Positions 53,301 to 64,000 of a DNA stretch of 64,000 nucleotides are shown one piece after another; within the stretch, counting starts at the first letter, position 1; each line of letters begins with the position of its first letter. The notes under the pieces are model-generated. The model did not search any database, was not told where the DNA came from, and worked only from the letters and a program-made list of their open reading frames with translations. The DNA is from Dimorphilus gyrociliatus (Eukaryota > Animalia > Annelida), in the NCBI GenBank assembly GCA_904063045.1, contig CAJFCJ010000004.1, positions 2,225,713 through 2,289,712 of the forward strand, given 5' to 3'. A program made the translations under genes and the position numbers.

Positions 53301-56300
53301 TTTTTCCAAGAATTTATCATTTGAATTTAACCTCGCAGCATAAATTTGTTATAGAAATATATGAAAAACGTACGGGTTCCTGTAATAGCTGGCTACAGTA
53401 GTATCTTCTTTTTGATGTAGTTTGATCATTTGCGTAATGAGCACAGGTACCGCTATGAGTGATATTATCAAACGATTCGACAAATTAGCCCCAATTAAAG
53501 GGTTGCAAATTCTATATACCTTATTTAGTTTCTTCTCAACTTATTTATGAATATAATAAAAGTGTCAAAGCTATAAAAATAACACTAGCAGTTGCAATAG
53601 TGAAAAACCAACAAGTAGTCGATTACATAAGGAGTTTATTATTTCTGAATATATTTGCATTGTATAATTAATGCTAAGCATATATAAGAAAATGTCTTAT
53701 TTAAATATAAAGAAAAGAGCAACTTCTTTATTGAATGAATAAAGAAAAAGACGCCACGTTGGAATGCGAAGGGAACACATAGAAGTAGTTTTAGGGTAAC
53801 TGAAAAGAATAGGTCACTCTAACCTCTTATGCATGAAATTTGAATTCTAAAAAATGAATACCTGTCTACTTTTAATACTCAATGAATTTTATTTTCTTTT
53901 TCTCATTCACTTAATCGCCTAATTCTTAGAGAAATACCTTATCGTTTCACGGTAATGGAAACATTTTTTTCTAATAGATTCGAAAGTTCTGATGTTAGAA
54001 TAAGGAGAGAAAAAGTAAAAAAAACCGATATCTATTTCTTACACCCTCTACCATTAGACTTTAGGGACCGAGGACTCTTTTATCGCCTTAACACATTAAA
54101 GATTAAATGCTTTATTACGGTGATTATTAGAGAATTACTAACAATACTACGTGGCCTTGAATAAAACTTTATGTGGTAAAGTCAAGCTGCTTTAATGTTG
54201 ACCCTATAAAAACTAAATAAACTAAGAATAAAATAAAGCTATACCCCACTTAATCCCAGGGTATACTACTTCAAAGTATTAAATCGTTAAACCTAAAAAA
54301 CAACCTTCCATTCTATATTGTGTGCAGGCTACCTTAAGCAATATTTATTAAAAAGTGAATAATACAGAATTCAAACCACCTCTATACATTAACATCTAAT
54401 TGATGAAATAGAATTATCAAATCCTCATTGCACATCTTTATGTAAATAAGAATTAATGTTTCAACCAACCTTAACGCTTTAACAGCCTATGACATTAAAA
54501 ATGTAGCTAAACATTTTCGTTTCTAACCTCGCGAGAGATGTCAATCAGCTAACAATCCTAAAAGTTGAATAAACTATATAAACTTGATAGAAAAGAATGC
54601 TAAAAAGAGCGGCAAAGCTATTTTACCATTGAAAGCAAAACTTTCTTTTATTAATATTAATATTTTTCAGTTGGTAAGGGGTGGGGGGTCTAATCGGTAA
54701 GAGTCGGAGGGAGAGGAAGGGAGAGGGGTGGCCAATTCGCTATTCATATCAAACCGCCACTCGATAAGATCAAAGGCAATTTTCCCTCTACAATATAACT
54801 CTATTTTGCCAGCTTTGACAGCCTGTATTTGTCAAAAGCAATTTTTATCTTTAGCTGTCTAATTCCTCTGCAAACTCACCCCGTCGACCGGATAGGAAAA
54901 GTTCGCTTGTATACAAGCAGCTTAGACGGTTTTTATACACGCTTTGATAAATCATACTTAAGTAAGAAGTGACGCGTGATTTCGACCGTTAGTCAGGTAT
55001 ATGTATTATTAGTTGTTCGTTCTATTCTAAACGTAAATTTTATTGCTCGCAAAGACGCGTCGGTTGTGATCAATCGTCTTTCTTTTTCTCTTCTTTTTCT
55101 TACTTATTTATTATTTTATGACTTCTCTTTCAGTTTAAAACCGCCTCTATATATACAAACCATTAAGTATGATCCATGGTATTTTGAGGATTTTTTCGCA
55201 TAGTGGTATTTGTCTGAAAGCTCAATAAAACACATTCGCTCATCAGCAAACCCCTCACTTCCCTCCCCTTCACCCCAACCTCTACACTGCACCACTCCCC
55301 TCTCTCCTCCCCCCTACCAGTACACCGCTTCTCTCTACCCTTTACCCCTTCTTCCTTTTTTCTCGTCTTTCTATCTTCTCTCTATCTCCCTATATTAGTG
55401 GCTTTTATCTTGTAGTTTGTCGCAATTTACTCTTTGCAAACAAATTGTAGATGCTGTTTATATTGTTATTTTTTTTTACTAGACTTTCCTAGTTACTCAA
55501 TTAAGGTGTTTTAAGGGTCAAGTGTCCAGATCGATACAATTAATTTCCTCAGGTACTATTAATCGTACACATTGGCAAACTCGTTCACATTTACTATACA
55601 TCATCGTAGTGAGTTTGTAAGAGGTTAGTAAGTGTCCCCTCTTAATAATAAATAAAGAAAGTTTTCGTCTAATTTCTCCAGACGTGTGTATTAAAAAGAA
55701 TAAAAAAAACCGTCATACATATATATATATATATACAAGTGAAACTATAGCATCTATGAAATAAATAGAGAAATGCATATTTATCCCTTTATTCCAGCAG
55801 AAAACTACAGACGGAGGTTGCCTCAAATCCTCTTTCACCATCAAATTTGATTTTGGTAATGTTCTAAGTCTTTGAGAAGAGAACGTGAGACTTTTATATT
55901 TAGTTTTGACTTTGTAAATAGATGATAAAATATAATATATTAAAATATTATATGAATTTTACATACGTTGCATAACATCCTTACACTAATAACAAAGATA
56001 TACATAGTACGTATATGATATGTCTATTTATCTTTCCACCCATCTAAAGAACTATCGTGCAATCTTTATAATAAAGTATTCGGCGAGAATTTTACAGATA
56101 ATTGAATATTCAAGATTTTATCTTTCAAGGAAAGAAGAAAAGATGAGAGAAGCGGAAAATAAAGAACGGGAAATTTAATCTCTTAATAAATACTTTTCCA
56201 AACAGAATTTAATTTCGTGCTGAAACCTTCTTAAAAGGGATTTTAAGTGGAAAACCTACCAATTATCGATGATACATTAAAATTTTATTTAATCGGATAC

Positions 56301-59114
56301 TTACATTAATTTTATATCTTGCAATCTCTTCTTTAAGAAACCAAACTTTACTTGTTTTAAAGTAAGCTTTAGGTAAGAATTTCCTGAATGATTTAGAAAA
56401 CTTCCCACAGGCAATCATTATTATTTTACGCCTGTTTAATTGAATTAAATTATAGCGATGCTAAAAATATATTCATTAATATTATAAATACAGTATGCAA
56501 GTTCCAGACTATATCTATTATACGCAAATATACCCTAAAGAATAGTCTTTTAGCGGCTGGAAATCAAGTGAAGAAAAATAGATAATAGAAAGTGTAAATT
56601 TAGGAAAATTACGAGCATTGAATACTGAAAAGTAGCCAAATTATGATATTTTCTAGGAATAAGATATGAAAGTGGATAACGAATCGTACTTGTGAGAATA
56701 GAATATCCTTCAGACCCTTTTAAAAAAATTTGTGAATGTAATTTTCATATGATAAAATTTACTTTTAACAAAATAAAATCTAAATTCCCAAGACTTTATT
56801 TATTCTATAAAAACCTATTCCTTGTGTATCCGTACCCATACCAGTTTAAAAGCTTTATAGCGCTTTCGTGTCTAAGGGTTTACCCTTGTGGCTATATAAC
56901 CGTCTATTGTTATTTCAGGTCAATTATTGCTTTTTCTCTTTAACAGGAAGAATCATTGATAAGTCAGCAAAAATATTCATTATAGATAAAAGTTAATATA
57001 ATATAATTTATAAATATTAAAAGGTACAGATGAGATTTTCTTTAGGATGTAATGAATTGAAAGGTCAATACTAGATTCTATAGGGTAATGTTGACAAAAA
57101 TCTCTCAAGTATGTAAAATCCTCGTTTATTATACGATTAGAGTTGAGTAAAAATCTAAAAGGTCTTGCATCTGTTAGCTTTGCTAAGTCAAGTTAGTTTT
57201 TATCTAAGTATAATATTTTGTAAATCATCCGAGCTCTGGATTCGTCTGTACATTGGCTTTATATCAATACTAAAGTAGGTTTGGTCCTAAGTACTTTTTG
57301 CTCTCATTACGAGACTGAGTAGAAAAGTCATTTTCCTTTTTTCTTGTAGTATATTCATCCTTTATGATTGCTTTAAAAAAGAGATGAAAGGAAAAAATGG
57401 AAGAAAAGCCGTAAACATTTCCAAAAAGTATGGAAGAAAGGTTTATTTGGTCAAATAAATAAATATGAAGGAACATTTTTAAGAATTTTCTGACGTGTTT
57501 TCAAGTTGGCGTGAGCTAGTAGCTACTTTCTACTTACAATCTGAACTATTGGTTCTTCTATTTTTTCATTTGCATTTAGAGAAGGTATAATTCCATATTA
57601 TGTCATCTCACGCAGTATGTTAATAACTAGTTTTTTCCGCCTTCCTTTTCACTCAGTTTATTTCTTCTTTCACTCATTTTGCCTTTGTCCATCGGTTGAT
57701 CTGCCTCTCTTTCTTTCTCTGACTCTCTTTCTTGATCTCTGTTTCCAATCCCAGCCTTTCTTCTCTCTTAGTTATATGTCTCATTCTCCCCCTCGTTTAC
57801 ATTTAATCAGTCATACTCTTGAATATTCCGATAGCGATTGTAGCATGTTAATTAAAAATGTTTTTCCTTTCTTTTATGAAAGTCTTTCATTAGTTAAAGC
57901 TTGGCTTTTTTTGATGTTGAAAGTATCTTCTATATAAAAGGAAAATATTGTTTGTCGGGAAGGATAAATCAGTTTCTAGCAATTTCTGTAAAAGAAATTC
58001 GACAAATTCCGCAATCACAAAGTCACTATTGTATAAAATCTGGGCAATTTGCTTTGAATAGGCCTACATGAGTAAAATTATTCACTCTACCGGTTTCACA
58101 GCCAAAGATTAAGGCTATTATATAGAGTCGATTGAAAAGAAAGCGATAATTATGTTCTTATATCTAATCAATCGTGTTTTTTCTTCTTTAAAAAGAACGG
58201 ACAGATGCCAAGTAACAATTATGAATAAATAAAAACAATCTCATTTTTCGCTCTTTGTCGTCCTTTACAAACAAACTTAGGAGTAGTCGGATTTGGTAAA
58301 CCTTAAGTAAGAAAACAGCCCGGAGCTGTTTGCTCTATAGAGTTTGACAGTTAGATATCTGCCAAGCTGGTCAGTTAAAAAGGGCAAGCGAACTACTTAA
58401 GAGAAATTTTTCGAGAGTACGTTTTTTTGTCGGGTAAAGACCACCCTACGAAGTATTGAAATCGCCGGTTTTACAAGTGGCCAATCGCCTCTTTCGGTCG
58501 TTTTTCATCTTCCCCCCATGGGGTCGTCATTACAATTCACTTTAAAAGTCCGACTATGAGGTTTTCGCGGCGGTTTAATAGCTGTCAAACGACCTGTTAA
58601 TAAATACTTTCAGATCAACTTGCGTAATAGTTCTTTACTTTCTTAAATCGCGTATTTTCTCTTTATTTTTAGAATTGCTAACCATTTCTATTTGGATCTA
58701 TAAAACGGATGAAATCTTTGCCTTGTCATGTTTAACGTGTCAAAAACGCCCCTTTCGCCATTTATCACAGACGTTTATAGTACAAAAGCTACCTAAAAAA
58801 TGATAATCAGCAAATATTCCTTGAATTTTGAGTAGGCTGTCTAAAAACTGGTTCAAACTTGTTTTCTAAACTGAATATTTATTAATAATGTACATATTTT
58901 ACATTTATTTATGTAGTGTATGTATTAAATGTTTTTTTTCTTGTGTTTCCATTCCGATTGAATTATAAAGGAATATCTTTGAATGAAATTAATGATTGAA
59001 TACGTAAGAGGAATATAGTAAAATCCTCTTATGTATAAAATTGGTTGTTAAATTAATGAGAAAAGAGATGGTGTGTATGTTTATATAGGATAAATATATA
59101 CTCTATAGCATATA

Positions 59115-59148
<34 letters not shown>

Positions 59149-59756
59149 TCCAAACTGTTAATATTGAGAATTGTAATATTAGAATATTCAATTAAAAATC
59201 TGTCATTATTTTAATAATTTACTTACAAACTTTTCTAAACGTTTCAGCTTGAAACTTGTGTAAAATTTAACGATGGACAAATGATTCGCTCCCTACTTTG
59301 TCCAGTTTTAATTATTTGAAGTCGGTTTGAATATATAATACTAGGACATCTGTCGATGACACGTTTCGTTTTAAAAGAATCATTCACTCATGTGAATAAT
59401 TCATGAATGGTAGCTTCCTAAAGCTAAATAAGAAGCTAAATAAATGGTAATAGATACTGCAATTACTAGTCGATTTGGACAATTTGTTCATTTACACAGC
59501 AAATTATTTAATAAAAGAAATTGATGAAAGACTGAATATATTTATTTGAAAATACGTTAGGACAGTAACAGCTGTTTGCTGTCAAATAGTTGTTAAATTA
59601 GGAATAATGATAAAAATGACAAAAAAAATATATTTTCAATAAAGAAAAGTAATAAATAAAGAATGAAAAAACAATTTTATTACTAAATTATTGGAGTTGA
59701 TAATTTAAATTATACCGGTCTTTTTTTTATCTATTCCTTGTTTTTTATTTGTGTGC

Positions 59757-59770
59757 CTCTCTCTCTTTCT

Positions 59771-59826
<56 letters not shown>
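59757..59826. repeat. Compound (CT)n microsatellite
   Basis: CT runs interrupted by TTT, read directly from the sequence. Confidence 0.9.
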
Positions 59827-59827
<1 letters not shown>

Positions 59828-60371
59828 TTGTGCCTGAATAGATTATAGTTCCCCTAGTCTATTCTCTTTATAATCATTTAAAATCTATTCTTTTTTCATT
59901 TTTCTTCATTCAAAACTTGTTCAATAATAAAAAAAACCTTTTAAGTCGTTCTTGACACAATTACTATAAATATTTATATCCAATTAAACCTATAGGTACT
60001 GTTTACGTCTTTTAAATATATATCTATATATTGTACGTATAATGCATATAATTATATGCATATATTCATATATATGGCATTCGCAGCGGTGCTTAAATAA
60101 TGTTCAAGTTTCGTTTCTTCCTGTGTAATTTATTTCTCATTTTTAAATTTGTATCTACTTTGAAAATCTTTAAATTATACACTTTAGAATGTTGGCCTAC
60201 TAATTTTGTCATTGAATAAAAAACCTTTGGTCAATTCGTCTTTTGAATTTAATTAGTAGTTGCCAAAAAATCAAACCCACAAATCTATAACAGGTAGGGT
60301 AAACAACTTTTTTTGACAAGACAAAATTATGCGTGCGTAAAGGCAATTAAAGAAGGTTTTTTCCGAATTGC

Positions 60372-60419
60372 TTACGTCATACTCGACCAGGTGGCGTCGG
60401 ACCGCATGCAGTGACGTCA
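60372..60419. promoter_or_regulatory. CRE / CTCF-like / CRE cluster
   Basis: TTACGTCA at 60372-60379, CCAGGTGGCG at 60387-60396 and a perfect TGACGTCA at 60412-60419, within 48 bp. Confidence 0.4.
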
Positions 60420-63400
60420 TTCACATAGGATTTTGTAAAGGATTCCGTATAACAAATCGCCTTGTCACTGTGTTTTAATTGTTGGCTTTATAAAGGCGCT
60501 AGAAAATTCTCTAGGAAATAATCACCGTAATTGTCGAGTCCGACAGACTGCCAACACGTATTGAAATTACCGCTTTTCCTGTCTCACTTTGAATATTTTT
60601 AATTAATCCTCCTGGTGGGTTGAATTGGAAGATTTTGCCTGAATTATAATTAAATGGACGACGGATAGAAAACCGTCTTTTCAAGTGAGACTGATGAGAA
60701 TGTTGAAATATTTTAAATTGGTAGCTAAGACGTTCAAAATTAAAGACTCAATGTCCTTCAAAACGGAGGAGGCTTAGTGGCGTGTGTCCCTATATTTTGT
60801 AGACACACCTCCTAATTAGTATTCAACTTTTTCAAATGTATTCAGTCTTCTTTTCTATTCATCAAGAAATGAAAGATTAAAGCTTATTTAAATAAACTTT
60901 TACTTGAAACCTTTCAGGAACGATTAAAGAAAATTTTCTTATTAATATTTACAAACTGTCTTTTCCCTCTTTTGTTTTCTTTCATGTCTCTTTTTTATAA
61001 TATTCCTCCTAATTTAACTTTTGCTGACATAGGATCAACATTTCTCTTTAATTGTGAATTTTAATAAGAGAGAGAGGAAAAGAGAGAGACAGCTAAGCAG
61101 ACGGATAGAAGATAAGAATATATCAAACACTTACGCCATCTATATACGATCATTTGTAAGAAAAATAAAAAGCGGTTGGCCTACTGGTTATTAATAGAAG
61201 GCGTTTAAAAATAGAATATTCTAATATATATATATATATATATATATGTATTGTTAAGTAAAACAGATTAAATGAATAACTTATAACCATCACGATAATT
61301 AACGTAAATAAGAACCATACCAAGAGAAGTCTTAATTATCTCAAACTAGTTAATGGAAGGATTTTAAGAATTAATTAACGTTACAAGTAAATTATCCCAC
61401 ACAGCAAGCGTATGCGTAAGATATACAGCAAATACATATAAACAAAACATAATAATACTCAAGTTATATGCAAGTTCCTAGTCATTCATTAAGATGTAAA
61501 ACATTCATTTTTACTATTATTTCAGTATGGAATTCTTATTCTATATCAACAATAGAAGAAGAAAAAAGAACTTTAGACCAAATTTTATGAATAAAACTAA
61601 ATAAATGTTTAAATATGCAATGAATCTCTATTTTTTCTTTGTTGCTTAATTTATAACGAAATTTTATATCTAATAAATAACTGAAAAGGATCAATTTGAA
61701 GGTTATTTTCATATTAATAAACTAATCTACTATATCAATGTATTTACCTAAGAAATGTATGAAATAACATCTATACTAAATATATAGATATTCTCTGCAT
61801 ATCTCTCTTTATATATAGTATATATATACGAAGTGTTTGTTTATTGAATTTTTGCTATTATACTCAAATTTGAAAAAGTAAATAAAAATTTACTTTTCTG
61901 CTTTGGAAATTGTATTGTTATGTTGGTTCTATTAGAGACTTGGAGCTTTTATAGTATCTACTGTTAGATTTAATTTTTACGATGTTCATTCATATTTAAA
62001 TGTTTTGATCTTGCATTTCTTTCAAATATATTCATATTATAATACCTTTGACTATCTACTTCACCCTTGTATTGGATTGGGGACGGAAATCTTCTAATCA
62101 ACTTTTATTATAATCTTCTCATGCGTAAAAGAAGACGCTTTAAAAAACCTGTCGTCCATTTAATAATAATGAGCAGAAATTCCATTCTTAACCGTTGATA
62201 CGCGATCGCTAGGCAATCCTTTTCTTCTGTAATCTTTGTGCAATGTTTTTTTTTTCTTTCTTTCTTTTTGTTATTCATCTATTGTTCCGTTAAGTTTCCC
62301 GTCATATTTCATAAGAAAATCTACTCTTTAAAGGAAAAAAAAGCTTCCTTTATTAATTGAAACATTTTAATTGAATACAATTTAAATGTCATCTATTCTT
62401 TATTTTTCCTCGCTCAGCCTCTCTCCTCCCTCTTCTAGTTGTCATAAACTTTTTACTATAAATGATTAGCTAATTGTAAAACACAAACAACTTAAACAAT
62501 CCTTTTCTACTGTTTTATTGACAGTTGAATGTTTTTGAATGTTTTCTTTATCACACCTAATCAATGTTTCAAATGAAATTATCGAATAAAGGACTACTCT
62601 AAATCAAATTAGACAATCGGATGGTTAATCATAATTGAATCTATTTTACGAACAATCAACCTAAATATCCACTAAAAGAAGAACCAAAAGAAATAAAGAG
62701 TAGTATACCATTTGACAAAAGCTAAGGCAAAAACAGATTTAAAATAGTAATGGAATGAAACAAAGAGCAAAAAGAATAAAAGAAAAAACAAGTTATGTTA
62801 TATATATCGTATTGATTGTTGTTATATTTTGATTTTTGATTACTTTTGTCAATAGATTTCTAACAATATCAATTAAAATTTTTATAGCAATCCATCAAAA
62901 AAAAAAAACTCCTCTTTAAAATATTCATTTGAAGTTAGGCTTAATCAAAGTATAGTGGAGAAAGTGCTAATCAAAAATATATGATGTAATAACCTCCAGT
63001 CAAAAATTGCTTAAATTATTTAAAGAAAAGCAAGGAGAGAAGATATTAAATATAAACAGTATATACAGTATATACTGTTTTTGTCATATAATCATATATC
63101 TACTCTATTCACGCTAATACATATTATACCTTTAAATCGCGTGAAATTTTTACATATTAAACGAATTCTTTAATGAAATAGTCCTTTTATTAATGACGCA
63201 GTATCTTTACAACCTTGACACAGGAGAGGAGGAAAATGTTATCAAATTAGCGTTGTATATGGTGACAATTTTCATAACATTAAAGAAAGCTAAATCTTTC
63301 AGATTCTCTTTTTTCAACTTTAGTTCGTTTGAGATTCTGAACTAATCATCAAATAATAATACCTATACTAAAACGATTAATAGAAGTTTTCTCTAAAATT

Positions 63401-64000
63401 CTTGTACAATAGATGGCGTTAACTAACTGCTAATTGTAAATTATTTACAATTGTACAGGAAATTATAGTTAATCTGTACCAAGAACATATTCTAAAAAAA
63501 CTTCACAAGGTCAAAGTAACAAAGTTGGCTTTTCCTCTATATTTGATATATTATAAAAGCATTTGCAGTCAATTTTATAATGTACAGTAAAACCGTGTAA
63601 ATCTTGTCAAATGAAGAGGAAAATGGTTTACTTTCTGCTTATTTCTATATAAATATGAAATGAAATTTTTCTTCTCTAGAGATAGTTCAATAATAAAGAA
63701 TTTACTTTGATAGCTTAATAATTATACATTAGAGATAGTTGAATGATTAACTACCGATTTCGAATTATTTAGTGTAAGTTTCAAGGTTAAAAGTTAGTTG
63801 AAATTATATAAATTATGTATAGGAACTTGTAGAAGCATTTAAGTAAATGCCTAAATAACAATCAACCCAAAGAGCAGTTTCTTGAAGATCTTATTGATGT
63901 TCTATTATTTAATCATCCTATCATCTGATTTATTAAAACTATTTTTATACTCTTATTATTCATATTACACAAAATTAAGTTGCTAGCAAATGGTCTATTA

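Noticed and set aside
1-64000. CRISPR arrays, rRNA, tRNA and additional protocadherin variable exons
   Set aside because: None was seen on manual reading. Short RNA genes could be missed without tRNAscan-SE or Infernal.

Overview
AT-rich, intron-containing animal genomic DNA. It is an invertebrate, probably a lophotrochozoan; this is inferred from the protocadherin tail and the TH N-terminus. Four neural genes could be reconstructed exon by exon with phase-consistent GT-AG junctions: tyrosine hydroxylase (minus, 6124-8854, 6 exons, 488 aa); an MPDZ/PATJ-family scaffold of which only the PDZ8-11 equivalents are present (plus, 17189-23827, candidate ATG exon 14689-14716); a two-pore-domain K+ channel (minus, 27004-29680, 2 exons, 400 aa); and a solitary 7-EC protocadherin (minus, 34927-45636, 4 coding exons, about 992 aa). 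A probable fifth, unrecognised gene starts with a signal-peptide-like exon at 3167 (minus) next to a CCAAT/E-box promoter. A decayed Tc1/Tc3-like transposon lies at 25928-26489. The last ~18 kb has no recognisable coding sequence and looks like the protocadherin regulatory domain. The most notable non-coding patterns are a recurring CTCF-like AGATGGCG motif, many TACAGTA/TACTGTA interruptions of (TA)n tracts that match Tc1 excision footprints, and the possibility that TH is nested antisense in an intron of the PDZ gene. All counts are manual. Expected frequencies are rough hand estimates assuming ~28% GC. No database searches were run. No rRNA, tRNA or CRISPR array was recognised.
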